A program made the position numbers and the translations under genes. From NCBI RefSeq assembly GCF_044647545.1, contig NZ_CP172818.1: a stretch of 64,000 bases of DNA; one strand, written 5' to 3'. Numbering within the stretch: the stretch's first letter is position 1; every line of letters starts with the position of its first letter. The notes under the pieces were generated by a model. That model was not told the DNA's origin, searched no databases, and saw nothing but the letters and a program-made list of their open reading frames with translations. The DNA is from Escherichia coli (GTDB lineage: Bacteria > Pseudomonadota > Gammaproteobacteria > Enterobacterales > Enterobacteriaceae). Shown piece after piece: positions 1 to 18,420 of this stretch.

Positions 1-2059
<2,059 letters not shown>

Positions 2060-2071
2060 CTATGCTTTACT

Positions 2072-2707
2072 CTATTCCAGTTGCTGGAGTTCACCGCGCG
2101 GGGTTACTCGCCAACGATGCTGACAGAAATAAAGCAGCGGGTTGTCCTGATTACTGTCGCTATAGCCACTGTACAGCCGCAGCGGCGTGCCGATTTTGCG
2201 CTCCAGTTGCGCGACCTTCTCATGCCCGAGGCAACGCATCGTCAATACCCAACCACCATAGCCACGCTGAATCTGACTGGCGATAAGATTAACCCGCGGC
2301 AGCCAGGGCGTATCGAAATAAACCGCTTCAACCAGCGGCTGCGGAGAGCCGGTAATCAACCAGATATCAGCATCGGAACTTAACAGGTAGGTGGTTAATC
2401 GCTCCTGAACCAGCGGAAAGGCGGTAACATTGTCACGAAACCAGCGTACGAAATCGGCCTGCAACGCCTGCAAACGCGCTTCATTGTGACCAAAAGTGCA
2501 TCCCCACAGAAGCAGACTCATCGGCCAGCGTGCCGCACGGCCTTTTATCAATAACGCAATGGCTATGATCGGCAACAACGGCAGGACAAGCAACGCATTC
2601 AGCGGTTGGCGACGCAGTAAATAACGCAAAAAACTGCCGAACATATCCTGCTGATGCAATGTTCCATCTAAGTCAAAAAACACCACACGACGCTCGTGAG
2701 TTGCCAA
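2072..2707 (-). CDS. pgpC: Phosphatidylglycerophosphatase C, HAD-family phosphatase
   Basis: Track ORF 211 aa; HAD motif FFDLDGTL near N-terminus; membrane-anchor segment. Confidence 0.85.
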   Translation of the reverse strand: MATHERRVVFFDLDGTLHQQDMFGSFLRYLLRRQPLNALLVLPLLPIIAIALLIKGRAARWPMSLLLWGCTFGHNEARLQALQADFVRWFRDNVTAFPLVQERLTTYLLSSDADIWLITGSPQPLVEAVYFDTPWLPRVNLIASQIQRGYGGWVLTMRCLGHEKVAQLERKIGTPLRLYSGYSDSNQDNPLLYFCQHRWRVTPRGELQQLE

Positions 2708-2915
2708 ACCATACTCCTCTGGACTGAAACATCCTGATTAATTTTCGCTACTACATAGCCTAACAGATAGATCATCACTTTTCCGGCAACAATCGACCGC
2801 ATCATGGCTAACTGGAATTTTTAATTCATGGCAATTAGCGGCAATGGAATATAAAATTCACTCGCGTTTGTCTCATATTGCCTGTTGTCGCCACTATTTC
2901 ATCGCGAGGAAAGAT

Positions 2916-3764
2916 ATGAACGGCTTACTTCGTATCCGTCAGCGTTACCAGGGGCTTGCCCAGAGTGATAAAAAACTGGCGGATTATCTGCTGCTACAAC
3001 CTGATACGGCGCGCCATTTAAGCTCTCAGCAACTGGCCAACGAAGCCGGAGTCAGTCAGTCCAGCGTCGTGAAGTTCGCGCAAAAACTCGGCTATAAAGG
3101 TTTTCCGGCACTTAAGTTGGCGTTGAGTGAAGCGCTGGCAAGCCAGCCGGAATCTCCCTCCGTGCCCATTCATAACCAAATCCGCGGTGATGATCCGTTA
3201 CGGCTGGTCGGCGAAAAATTGATTAAAGAAAATACTGCCGCCATGTACGCAACGCTAAACGTTAATAGTGAAGAGAAGCTGCATGAGTGCGTGGCAATGT
3301 TGCGCTCTGCGCGGCGGATAATTCTGACCGGTATTGGCGCTTCGGGTCTGGTGGCGCAAAACTTTGCCTGGAAGCTGATGAAGATTGGCTTCAATGCTGC
3401 CGCAGTGCGCGATATGCATGCGCTACTCGCTACAGTACAGGCGTCGTCCCCTGACGATCTGTTATTAGCCATTTCCTACACCGGTGTACGGCGCGAGTTA
3501 AACCTGGCGGCAGATGAGATGCTGCGAGTGGGCGGAAAAGTGCTGGCGATTACCGGCTTTACTCCCAATGCCCTGCAACAGCGTGCTTCTCATTGCCTGT
3601 ATACCATTGCCGAAGAACAAGCGACAAACAGTGCTTCAATCTCTGCTTGCCACGCGCAGGGAATGTTAACGGATTTGCTGTTCATTGCGCTGATTCAGCA
3701 GGATCTGGAACTGGCACCAGAACGTATTCGTCATAGTGAAGCGCTGGTGAAAAAACTGGTCTGA
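2916..3764 (+). CDS. yfhH: RpiR/MurR-family transcriptional regulator (HTH plus SIS domain)
   Basis: Track ORF 2844..3764; internal Met at 2916 gives 282 aa; N-terminal HTH region and SIS sugar-phosphate-binding region. Confidence 0.8.
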   Translation: MNGLLRIRQRYQGLAQSDKKLADYLLLQPDTARHLSSQQLANEAGVSQSSVVKFAQKLGYKGFPALKLALSEALASQPESPSVPIHNQIRGDDPLRLVGEKLIKENTAAMYATLNVNSEEKLHECVAMLRSARRIILTGIGASGLVAQNFAWKLMKIGFNAAAVRDMHALLATVQASSPDDLLLAISYTGVRRELNLAADEMLRVGGKVLAITGFTPNALQQRASHCLYTIAEEQATNSASISACHAQGMLTDLLFIALIQQDLELAPERIRHSEALVKKLV

Positions 3765-3783
3765 GTAAAGAATGCGCGTATAA

Positions 3784-4080
<297 letters not shown>

Positions 4081-4222
4081 TATTCTGCTCTGGAAGTAGA
4101 GTGTTAATTATCTTATAGAGAAACCTTAACGCTATTATATTTATTTAAATGATGAAATTAGCATAATCATTCACTAAGTAAATTTATATAGTATCTGCCC
4201 AGACACTTATTTATAGTTATTA

Positions 4223-4256
4223 AAGGCGCGTCCGACTGGTTCACCGGACGCACCTT
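4223..4256 (-). terminator. Stem-loop 3' of shoB, putative end of shoB mRNA
   Basis: About 11-bp imperfect inverted repeat GGCGCGTCCG...CGGACGCACC with 10-nt loop; only a weak U-tract follows on either strand. Confidence 0.3.
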
Positions 4257-4273
4257 AAGTACGTTTCCTTGTG

Positions 4274-4354
4274 TTATAAGAACAAAAGGAGCAGCTGTAA
4301 AACAGCAATGATGATTTTGATGACCCGTTTAATAAGGTATCGGCAATCAGTCAT
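4274..4354 (-). CDS. shoB: Type I toxin ShoB, 26-aa hydrophobic membrane peptide
   Basis: Hand translation of minus strand gives MTDCRYLIKRVIKIIIAVLQLLLLFL then stop; matches the known ShoB peptide; too short for the ORF track. Confidence 0.85.
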   Translation of the reverse strand: MTDCRYLIKRVIKIIIAVLQLLLLFL

Positions 4355-4429
4355 TCGTTTTTCCTTAAACAAGGAATGCAGCCGTTCAGATTAGCCCTTA
4401 CATCTCCCCAAAACTGAACGTGCGAGTTA

Positions 4430-4448
4430 TTGGAATCGAGTGCTGCAC
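4430..4448 (+). repeat. 19-nt direct repeat, copy 1 (TTGGAATCGAGTGCTGCAC)
   Basis: 18 of 19 identical to second copy at 4679..4697; lies in the shoB/ohsC intergenic region. Confidence 0.6.
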
Positions 4449-4678
4449 TCCACACCAGAGCTTTGACGACACCACTCGTTTCAATGGGGGAATTCAGTGG
4501 CATGGTGTAAAGCACAGCAAAATTGCCAATAACGAAACCGATTTTAATGTACTTATCAAAAAGCGGTCACGTTAATCTTTTCATCAATGTCGATTTCTTC
4601 GTAAAGGCTCGCGTTTTTTATGTCAGAGATTGCAAGTTGCTTGTACAGGTCAACTAAATTGATCCATAATTATTTCCG

Positions 4679-4697
4679 TTGGAATCGTGTGCTGCAC
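4679..4697 (+). repeat. 19-nt direct repeat, copy 2 (TTGGAATCGTGTGCTGCAC)
   Basis: 18 of 19 identical to copy at 4430..4448. Confidence 0.6.
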
Positions 4698-4717
4698 AAA
4701 ATTAAAGTTGTAAAGTG

Positions 4718-4750
4718 AAAACCCCCGTTCCTTACCAGTTCGGGGGTTTT
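4718..4750. terminator. Bidirectional stem-loop between shoB/ohsC region and acpS
   Basis: 10-bp perfect stem AAAACCCCCG / CGGGGGTTTT with 13-nt loop, T-rich flanks on both strands; 26 nt past acpS stop. Confidence 0.55.
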
Positions 4751-4775
4751 ACTTTATAAAGAGAACGGTATTTTT

Positions 4776-5156
4776 TTAACTTTCAATAATTACCGTGGCA
4801 CAAGCATAGTGGCGTTCATCTGCCAGCGTTACATGCATATTTACAACGCCGAGCTTTTCCGCCAGTTTTAATGCCTCACCCCATAGCCGTAGCCGTGGTT
4901 TGCCGAGCTCATCATTGAATACTTCAAATTGATTAAACGCCAGACCATTGCGGATCCCGGTGCCAAACGCTTTTGCCGCCGCTTCTTTCACAGCAAAACG
5001 CTTCGCCAGAAAACGCACCGGCTGGTGGTGCGTTTTCCAGATTGCCCATTCGTTATCGCTTAATACGCGGCGTGCCAGGCGCTCACCGGATCGGGCGATC
5101 ACCGATTCAATGCGAGCGATCTCCACAATATCCGTACCTAAACCTAATATTGCCAT
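4776..5156 (-). CDS. acpS: Holo-[acyl-carrier-protein] synthase
   Basis: Track ORF 126 aa beginning [13 protein letters not shown]; shares boundary base with pdxJ. Confidence 0.92.
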   Translation of the reverse strand: MAILGLGTDIVEIARIESVIARSGERLARRVLSDNEWAIWKTHHQPVRFLAKRFAVKEAAAKAFGTGIRNGLAFNQFEVFNDELGKPRLRLWGEALKLAEKLGVVNMHVTLADERHYACATVIIES

Positions 5157-5887
5157 TAGCCACGCGCTTCCAGCATCAAACGCTTCATTTCTGCCACCGC
5201 ATCTTTCAGTCCGGTCATCACTGCACGACCAATAATGGCATGACCGATATTCAGTTCATGCATCTCAGGGATGGCGGCAATGGCTTTCACGTTGTGATAG
5301 GTCAGACCGTGACCAGCGTTAACTTTCAGACCGAGACTAGCGGCAAAGGTCGCGGCTTTGGCGATACGCGCCAGCTCTTGCGCCTGTTCGGCGTCAGTTT
5401 TGGCATCAGCATAGCAACCGGTGTGGATCTCGATAAACGGTGCGCCAACCTCTGCCGCAGCTTTGATCTGCTCTTCATCGGCGTCGATAAACAGAGAAAC
5501 CTGGATCCCGGCCTCCGCCAGATGTTTGCAGGCATCGCGCATTTTTTCACGCTGTCCTGCGACGTCCAGGCCGCCTTCGGTTGTTACTTCCTGACGCTTT
5601 TCCGGTACCAGACAGCAAAAATGTGGCTTCGTCTCAACGGCGATCGCCAGCATCTCTTCGGTCACCGCCATCTCCAGATTCATGCGGGTATCCAGCGTCT
5701 GACGCAGGATGCGCACATCGCGGTCGGTAATGTGGCGGCGATCTTCACGTAAATGCACGGTAATGCCGTCCGCTCCCGCCTGCTCGGCAATAAACGCCGC
5801 CTGCACCGGATCCGGGTAAGCAGTACCGCGTGCGTTACGCAGCGTTGCAATATGGTCAATGTTGACGCCTAACAGTAATTCAGCCAT
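5156..5887 (-). CDS. pdxJ: Pyridoxine 5'-phosphate synthase
   Basis: Track ORF 5156..5902; product starting [20 protein letters not shown] gives 243 aa. Confidence 0.92.
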   Translation of the reverse strand: MAELLLGVNIDHIATLRNARGTAYPDPVQAAFIAEQAGADGITVHLREDRRHITDRDVRILRQTLDTRMNLEMAVTEEMLAIAVETKPHFCCLVPEKRQEVTTEGGLDVAGQREKMRDACKHLAEAGIQVSLFIDADEEQIKAAAEVGAPFIEIHTGCYADAKTDAEQAQELARIAKAATFAASLGLKVNAGHGLTYHNVKAIAAIPEMHELNIGHAIIGRAVMTGLKDAVAEMKRLMLEARG

Positions 5888-5898
5888 GACAATCCTCA

Positions 5899-6627
5899 TC
5901 ATTCATAATGTGTTTTCACCGTTCGCTTAGGCATAAACTGCCGGAACAGTTCCCTGCTCTTTAATGGTTTACCGCCAAGATACGGCTTAAGCGCCATGCG
6001 GGTAAAGCGTTTCGCGGCGCGCAGTGTGTCTGCGTCAGGAAATTCCCGCGCGTTTAACGCTTTTAACTGCCTTCCGGTGAACGTTTTATTGTCGATAACG
6101 ACGCTTGCGATAAACCCTTTTTCTTCGCGATAACGATACGTCATGGTGTCATCTACCGGCTCGCCGCTACCCGCACAATGGGTAAAATTGACGCCATAGC
6201 CCAGATGCCCGAGCAGTGCCAGTTCAAAGCGGCGCAGCGCGGGTTCTGGCGTACCAGTGGCACCTGCAAGTGACTGAATGCAGTGCAAGTAATCGAAAAA
6301 GAGTTCAGAGAAGCGCGTCTCGTATTCCAGTACGCGGGAGAGAAGTTCGTTGATGTACAGACCGCTGTAAAGCGTGATACCGCTTAATGGCAGCGCCAGC
6401 GAGACGGCTTCAGCACTGCGCAGCGTTTTTACTTCGCCACGCCCGCCGAAACGTAGCAAGAGAGGGGTGAAAGGCTGTAATGCACCTTTCAGAGTAGAGC
6501 GTTTAGAGCGTGCGCCTTTGGCAACCAGACGCACGCGACCCGATTCCTCCGTGAAGACGTCCAGCATCAAGCTGGTTTCGCTCCACGGGCGACTATGCAG
6601 GACAAATGCGCGCTGCCAGCCTTCCAT
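5899..6627 (-). CDS. recO: DNA repair protein RecO
   Basis: Track ORF 242 aa beginning [19 protein letters not shown]. Confidence 0.9.
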
Positions 6628-6638
6628 CGGAGTTACTC

Positions 6639-8251
<1,613 letters not shown>

Positions 8252-8450
8252 TCAGCACACGAAACAGACCTGATATACATGGTTCTGCTAACTGCTTCGC
8301 TGCAGTTTCAGTTTACCGGTATATGGGGACCAACGCTGTTTCGTGTGCCGTGGCAACCTGGAGGTGCCAACCTTAAACTTCGGGGGAATATTCTATACAC
8401 AACGACGGGGGATGTCGTTAGCCACGGGAGATTTATCTCATAAATAATTC

Positions 8451-8477
8451 ACGTTGTCGCCATAACGGCGACAACGT
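8451..8477 (-). terminator. Strong stem-loop 3' of lepB, within the rnc leader region
   Basis: Perfect 11-bp inverted repeat ACGTTGTCGCC / GGCGACAACGT with 5-nt loop, 16 nt past lepB stop, followed on minus strand by an AT-rich tract. Confidence 0.55.
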
Positions 8478-8493
8478 GAACGAAGATGGGCTA

Positions 8494-9468
8494 TTAATGG
8501 ATGCCGCCAATGCGACTTAAGCGCACACCTGTCGGCCATTCGCCTTCTTGCTTATCGAAACTCATCCAGATAGCCGTTGCCCGACCGACCAGATTCGCTT
8601 CAGGCACAAAGCCCCAGTAACGGCTGTCCGCGCTGTTGTCGCGGTTGTCGCCCATCATGAAGTATTGTCCCGGCGGAACAATCCAGGTTGCCAGTTGTTG
8701 CCCTGGCTGCTGGTAATACATCCCCACCTGGTCCTGCGCAATCGGCACTGTCAGAATACGATGCGTCACATCACCCAGTGTCTCTTTACGCTCGGAAAGA
8801 CGAATTCCATTTTCTTTGGTTTCGTTTTTCGGCACTTCAAAGAATCCGCTGGTCGCCTCCCCACCATTACGGCGTGAGAAGGTCTGAACGAAATCGCTCG
8901 GTTCCACGTTGGAGTAGGTGACCGGCAGCGCGTTTTCACATGCCTGGCCGGAACTGCATCCCGGTTGAATCGTCAGCTCTTTCGAGATCGGATCATAAGT
9001 GACTTTATCGCCCGGTAAACCCACCGCGCGCTTGATGTAATCAAGCTTTGGATCTTCCGGATATTTAAAGACCACGATATCGCCGCGTTTCGGATGACCG
9101 GTTTCGATCAGCGTTTTCTGGTAGATAGGATCTTTAATGCCATAAGCAAACTTCTCTACCAGAATAAAATCACCGATTAACAGAGTCGGCATCATCGAAC
9201 CTGACGGGATCTGGAACGGTTCATAAATAAACGAACGCACAATCAATACGATAGCCAGCACCGGAAAAACAGAAGCACCGGTTTCCAGCCAGCCAGGCTT
9301 CGGCGCAACCTTTTTCAGTGTTGCTTTATCCAGTGAGTCACCGGCAGCCGCCTGCGCCGCTGCCTGACGTTCCCGCCGTTTAGGTGCGAAAAAGAATTTA
9401 TCCACGCACCATAAAATGCCCGTCACTAGTGTGGCAATCACCAGAATCAGGGCAAACATATTCGCCAT
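8494..9468 (-). CDS. lepB: Signal peptidase I
   Basis: Track ORF 324 aa; catalytic-region motifs SGSMMPTL and GDNRDNSADSRYWG. Confidence 0.95.
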   Translation of the reverse strand: MANMFALILVIATLVTGILWCVDKFFFAPKRRERQAAAQAAAGDSLDKATLKKVAPKPGWLETGASVFPVLAIVLIVRSFIYEPFQIPSGSMMPTLLIGDFILVEKFAYGIKDPIYQKTLIETGHPKRGDIVVFKYPEDPKLDYIKRAVGLPGDKVTYDPISKELTIQPGCSSGQACENALPVTYSNVEPSDFVQTFSRRNGGEATSGFFEVPKNETKENGIRLSERKETLGDVTHRILTVPIAQDQVGMYYQQPGQQLATWIVPPGQYFMMGDNRDNSADSRYWGFVPEANLVGRATAIWMSFDKQEGEWPTGVRLSRIGGIH

Positions 9469-9483
9469 GCCAACTCCTAAGGG

Positions 9484-11283
<1,800 letters not shown>

Positions 11284-11480
11284 AAAGTATGATTATTGTG
11301 CCTTAATGCCCGGTTAACCAGGCTTTTAGAAGTCGCTGTTCTGAGCTTAACGTCTGTATTAATAGAAACGCCGCATTCTACACTACAACATTGAGGCGAG
11401 GAAATGTTCATACCGTATGGATTGTGGTATCTGGAAACGTCCTCGCATTTGTTATGCAAAATGCAACAAAGCCAGTGAAA

Positions 11481-11960
11481 TCACTGGCTCGCGTCTTCCG
11501 AAGATGTTTCAAATCGCACAAGGCCAGGCGGCAATGCCACGCTTAAGATGATCGGTTGCCATTCAGACCGGGCAGCAAACTTTCGAGAGCAGCCACGTGC
11601 AATCAGGAATCCACCAACGCCACCGAGAATCGCACCGCATAATGCTGCAATATCTGAAGCAAAGAGTAGCTGAAATAGTGAAGCGATGAGGAATAGTCCC
11701 ACCAACGGCGACATATAAACCAGTAATGCGGAGCTAAGCAGGCTGCCTTCGGCGATTCCTAATTCTACTTTTTGCCCCGGCACTAACGGTTCTTCACAGG
11801 GTACGACAATGGTATGCGTGGTTTGCGGGCCAAGTTTATTCAACACGCGGCTACCGCAACCGGCGCGCGAAGCGCAGCTGCTGCATGAGGCTTTAACATC
11901 ACAACTAACCAGCGCCTGCCCGTTTTCCCAGGAGACGACGGTAGCCCACTCTTTGATCAT
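11481..11960 (-). CDS. rseC: Sigma-E regulatory protein RseC
   Basis: Track ORF 159 aa; last gene of the rpoE-rseABC cluster; 4-bp overlap with rseB. Confidence 0.85.
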   Translation of the reverse strand: MIKEWATVVSWENGQALVSCDVKASCSSCASRAGCGSRVLNKLGPQTTHTIVVPCEEPLVPGQKVELGIAEGSLLSSALLVYMSPLVGLFLIASLFQLLFASDIAALCGAILGGVGGFLIARGCSRKFAARSEWQPIILSVALPPGLVRFETSSEDASQ

Positions 11961-12913
11961 TGCGCTGCCCCGAACTTAATATTCTCGGCAATGCGTTTCG
12001 CCGTTTGCGGCGGCAGTTCACCGACAATGGTGATTTCGGCGTTATCACGTACGCTTGTACTGACGGTTCTGCGTCCGGTGCGCAACATCTGATCGGTGCT
12101 CGATGGCGTAGCGCGGTTAACGTTTACCGAGAAGCTGAATAATCCGTCGGAATAGAGACGTGATTCAATAGGCATGTTGTCCATCGTCGGTAGCGGACGT
12201 CGACTACTGGAAACTTCGCTAAAACCCTGTGGCAACCAGGTTGGCGTCCAGCTGAATTTAGCTTTTTCACCTACAGGAACAGAAAGCAACGGCGGCAAAT
12301 TTGCCTTCGCCAGCGTCTGCATACTGCTGCTGATATCCTGATTGACATTAAAAGCAATCACGCGAAATTGTTCCAGCGTTTCACCATCGCGATCAAGGAG
12401 ATCAACCCTCATCGGTAATTTCGATTCGGTGTCCATCCACACGATGTAGCTGTAGCGTGTACCATCTCGGGCAACCACGCGAATAACTTCGCAAAGACGA
12501 TCAGCAATACGCGTGCGCCCGACGGAGATAAAGTCGTAGTAAGGAGAAAGGCGTTTGAAATCGGTATAGATGAGCGATGGCAGAGAATCAACAATGTAAT
12601 CGCCATTAAGCGTGAACGGTTCAAGTCCCGGTTCAAAATAGCTGATCTCATTGCCGCGCTGTACCACTTCCCGGCGCGGGCCATCCATTTGCAACAATTG
12701 TGCAAGAGGACGGTTATCGAGGCGTGCATGTCGATAACGCAGAGACTCAACACCCTGTTTATTGATGCTGATGAATGACAGCTCGTAATTCAGTGACTGA
12801 CTGGCCAGGTTCATCTGCTGTAATAACGCCCCGGACGCGGGAGTGGCCGAGGCGTTAGCAGAGAATAACAGGCTACCTGTCACTAATGACATGGCAAACC
12901 AAAGTTGCTTCAT
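11957..12913 (-). CDS. rseB: Sigma-E regulatory protein RseB (periplasmic)
   Basis: Track ORF 318 aa with N-terminal signal peptide. Confidence 0.88.
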   Translation of the reverse strand: MKQLWFAMSLVTGSLLFSANASATPASGALLQQMNLASQSLNYELSFISINKQGVESLRYRHARLDNRPLAQLLQMDGPRREVVQRGNEISYFEPGLEPFTLNGDYIVDSLPSLIYTDFKRLSPYYDFISVGRTRIADRLCEVIRVVARDGTRYSYIVWMDTESKLPMRVDLLDRDGETLEQFRVIAFNVNQDISSSMQTLAKANLPPLLSVPVGEKAKFSWTPTWLPQGFSEVSSSRRPLPTMDNMPIESRLYSDGLFSFSVNVNRATPSSTDQMLRTGRRTVSTSVRDNAEITIVGELPPQTAKRIAENIKFGAAQ

Positions 12914-13563
12914 TACTGCGATTGCGTTCCTAAAGTTTGAATTCCTGGCACCTGTACAGCGGCTTGCTGGGTTTGCGCCTGCTCAAACTGAAGCTGTTCA
13001 GAGTGGAGTCGGCGTTGCAGTTCGTAATCCTGCAACATTGCATTAATGCGACGACGCTGCTCCTGTACCTGCTGCTGTTGACCATTGTTTGCGGTCGCTT
13101 CAGAAGGTACTCCCAGGCTTACCGGGCTGGCTTTACCCATCATCGGCAGTGTATTAAATACCGGCGTTTCGGGCTGCTGGGACGTTTCAGATTGTCCATT
13201 ATAGTGCTGGACGCCAACGATAACTGCAAGCGATACGCATGCGGCTACGCCCATTTGGGTAAGCTGTGCCGCCCACGGACGTACTTTCTGCCAGAATGGC
13301 ATTTTCTGCCATTGATGCGGCGCAGGCTGGGCTTCCGGGATCAATGTCGCCGGTTGACGTACTGGCTCTTCTTCAATGGCGGCCATCACTCGTGAAGAGA
13401 TATCGAAATGGAGCACCTCGGGAGTATCACCCCGCATTGAGTCACGGATTAAGTGATAGCTTTCCCAGGTTTTCTGCATTTCTGGGTTATGAGCCAGTTC
13501 GTTAAGCAGCTCACTATCCAGCGTTTCGCCATCCATTAAAGCGGAAAGTTGTTCTTTCTGCAT
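12913..13563 (-). CDS. rseA: Anti-sigma-E factor RseA
   Basis: Track ORF 12913..13599; product starting MQKEQLSALMDGE gives 216 aa; central transmembrane segment. Confidence 0.88.
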   Translation of the reverse strand: MQKEQLSALMDGETLDSELLNELAHNPEMQKTWESYHLIRDSMRGDTPEVLHFDISSRVMAAIEEEPVRQPATLIPEAQPAPHQWQKMPFWQKVRPWAAQLTQMGVAACVSLAVIVGVQHYNGQSETSQQPETPVFNTLPMMGKASPVSLGVPSEATANNGQQQQVQEQRRRINAMLQDYELQRRLHSEQLQFEQAQTQQAAVQVPGIQTLGTQSQ

Positions 13564-13595
13564 GCCTAATACCCTTATCCAGTATCCCGCTATCG

Positions 13596-14171
13596 TCAAC
13601 GCCTGATAAGCGGTTGAACTTTGTTATCAATAGCTTCCCTCGCTCGGAAGATACGTGAACGCACCGTACCTACCGGACAATCCATGATAGCGGCTATCTC
13701 TTCATAGCTCAGGCCATCCAGCTCCCGCAAGGTTATTGCCATGCGTAAATCTTCCGGGAGGGACTCAATAGTTCGGAAAACTATCTGTCTCAGTTCTTCT
13801 GACAACATTAAGTTCTCAGGGTTCGAAATTTCTTTCAACGCGCCGCCACTTTCGAAGTTTTCAGCTTCAATGGCATCCACATCACTGGAAGGTGGACGAC
13901 GCCCCTGAGCAACCAGGTAATTTTTCGCTGTATTTACAGCAATCCGATACAGCCATGTATAAAAAGCGCTATCTCCCCGGAACGAATCCAGCGCACGATA
14001 GGCTTTAATAAAAGCTTCTTGTACCACATCGGGAACATCACCCGACGGCACATAGCGGGAAACCAGACTCGCCACTTTATGCTGATAGCGCACTACCAGT
14101 AAGTTAAAGGCTTTCTGATCTCCCTTCTGGACCCGTTCAACCAGGACCTGGTCCGTTAACTGCTCGCTCAT
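13596..14171 (-). CDS. rpoE: ECF RNA polymerase sigma factor sigma-E
   Basis: Track ORF 13596..14204; product starting MSEQLTDQVLVERVQKGDQKAF gives 191 aa. Confidence 0.92.
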   Translation of the reverse strand: MSEQLTDQVLVERVQKGDQKAFNLLVVRYQHKVASLVSRYVPSGDVPDVVQEAFIKAYRALDSFRGDSAFYTWLYRIAVNTAKNYLVAQGRRPPSSDVDAIEAENFESGGALKEISNPENLMLSEELRQIVFRTIESLPEDLRMAITLRELDGLSYEEIAAIMDCPVGTVRSRIFRAREAIDNKVQPLIRR

Positions 14172-14253
14172 CCGAGGTAAAGTCTCCCCAAACCAAATTT
14201 CCACGCGCTATCGAAACGCCACTCCATTAGCTGCAATTTGAGCAAGCAAAGGG

Positions 14254-14281
14254 TTAGAGTGTCTCGTTTTTGTAAAGTTCC
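14254..14281 (-). promoter_or_regulatory. Sigma-E-type promoter upstream of rpoE (autoregulated)
   Basis: Minus strand reads GGAACTT, 16-nt spacer, TCTAA; matches sigma-E consensus GGAACTT / TCTGA; about 85 nt upstream of rpoE ATG. Confidence 0.5.
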
Positions 14282-14569
14282 GTAACGCATCTGTTTTTGT
14301 TTGTCATGCTGTAGACGGATCATTATCTATCATTATAAGTCTACAGAATCTGAACATCGCATTATCTGTGTAGAAATGCCCATTTAACTGCCTGAAGAGT
14401 AACCCAACGGCCTTTTTATTTCACCACCTAATCCTCCACCAGCCAGTAACTTCTCTTTTTCTCGCCGCCCTGCGTCAGCGTGTTTAGCAACTGTAACAAA
14501 TATTAAAATAGCAGGTGTTTATTCGCACAACATGATGCTATGCTGACCAAACCATGTTTAGTAAATTAA

Positions 14570-16923
<2,354 letters not shown>

Positions 16924-17054
16924 GAAAATAAAACCTTGCAGGAAAAACGGCGATAGCACCGGGTGAGAACAATACCCGAGAAGCGATATCCATACAAACA
17001 GATGAAGATTGCAGCCGTAACGTCTATAATCAGCGCCCCACACAGAGGTAGAAC

Positions 17055-18404
17055 ATGACTGTAACGACTTTTTCCGAACTTGAACTCGACGAAAGCCTGC
17101 TGGAAGCCCTCCAGGATAAAGGTTTCACTCGCCCGACCGCCATTCAGGCTGCCGCCATTCCGCCTGCGCTCGATGGCCGTGATGTACTCGGTTCTGCGCC
17201 GACAGGCACCGGTAAAACGGCGGCGTATCTGCTGCCAGCGTTGCAGCACCTGCTCGATTTCCCACGTAAGAAATCCGGTCCGCCGCGTATTTTGATCCTT
17301 ACCCCAACTCGCGAGCTGGCGATGCAGGTGGCCGATCATGCCCGCGAACTGGCGAAACATACGCATCTGGATATTGCCACCATCACCGGCGGCGTGGCCT
17401 ATATGAACCACGCAGAAGTGTTCAGCGAAAACCAGGACATTGTGGTCGCCACGACCGGACGTCTGCTGCAATACATAAAAGAAGAGAACTTCGATTGCCG
17501 CGCGGTTGAAACGCTGATCCTCGACGAAGCAGACCGTATGCTGGATATGGGCTTCGCTCAGGATATCGAACATATTGCTGGCGAAACGCGCTGGCGTAAA
17601 CAGACCCTGCTCTTTTCGGCAACGCTGGAAGGCGATGCGATTCAGGACTTTGCCGAGCGTCTGCTGGAAGATCCGGTGGAGGTTTCTGCCAATCCGTCCA
17701 CCCGTGAGCGCAAAAAAATTCATCAGTGGTATTACCGCGCCGATGACCTGGAACATAAAACCGCATTGCTGGTGCACCTGTTAAAACAGCCGGAAGCGAC
17801 CCGCTCAATTGTGTTTGTGCGTAAGCGTGAGCGTGTGCATGAGCTGGCAAACTGGCTGCGCGAAGCGGGCATCAACAACTGCTATCTCGAAGGTGAGATG
17901 GTACAGGGCAAGCGTAACGAAGCGATCAAGCGTTTGACCGAAGGTCGCGTAAACGTACTGGTTGCAACCGATGTTGCCGCGCGCGGTATCGACATTCCTG
18001 ACGTCAGCCACGTCTTTAACTTCGATATGCCGCGCAGTGGCGATACTTATTTGCACCGTATCGGACGTACCGCGCGCGCCGGTCGTAAAGGCACCGCAAT
18101 TTCGCTGGTAGAAGCCCATGACCATCTGCTGCTGGGCAAAGTTGGTCGCTATATTGAAGAGCCAATTAAAGCTCGTGTAATTGATGAGTTACGCCCGAAA
18201 ACGCGTGCGCCAAGCGAGAAGCAGACCGGCAAGCCATCGAAGAAAGTACTGGCAAAACGCGCCGAGAAGAAAAAAGCTAAAGAGAAAGAGAAGCCGCGGG
18301 TGAAAAAACGCCATCGCGACACCAAAAATATTGGTAAGCGCCGTAAACCGAGCGGAACGGGCGTGCCACCGCAAACGACAGAAGAGTATCAATGCCGGGT
18401 TTAA
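17055..18404 (+). CDS. srmB: DEAD-box ATP-dependent RNA helicase SrmB
   Basis: Track ORF 449 aa; motifs [20 protein letters not shown]; lysine-rich C-terminal tail. Confidence 0.93.
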   Translation: MTVTTFSELELDESLLEALQDKGFTRPTAIQAAAIPPALDGRDVLGSAPTGTGKTAAYLLPALQHLLDFPRKKSGPPRILILTPTRELAMQVADHARELAKHTHLDIATITGGVAYMNHAEVFSENQDIVVATTGRLLQYIKEENFDCRAVETLILDEADRMLDMGFAQDIEHIAGETRWRKQTLLFSATLEGDAIQDFAERLLEDPVEVSANPSTRERKKIHQWYYRADDLEHKTALLVHLLKQPEATRSIVFVRKRERVHELANWLREAGINNCYLEGEMVQGKRNEAIKRLTEGRVNVLVATDVAARGIDIPDVSHVFNFDMPRSGDTYLHRIGRTARAGRKGTAISLVEAHDHLLLGKVGRYIEEPIKARVIDELRPKTRAPSEKQTGKPSKKVLAKRAEKKKAKEKEKPRVKKRHRDTKNIGKRRKPSGTGVPPQTTEEYQCRV

Positions 18405-18420
18405 GCCCGGCATTATTTTT
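18394..18420. terminator. Bidirectional terminator between srmB and yfiE
   Basis: Stem GCCGGG / CCCGGC with 5-nt loop followed by ATTATTTTTAT; overlaps srmB stop. Confidence 0.5.

Noticed and set aside
4973-5752. 259-aa plus-strand ORF antisense to acpS/pdxJ
   Set aside because: Shadow ORF opposite two well-supported genes in GC-rich coding DNA; no start context.
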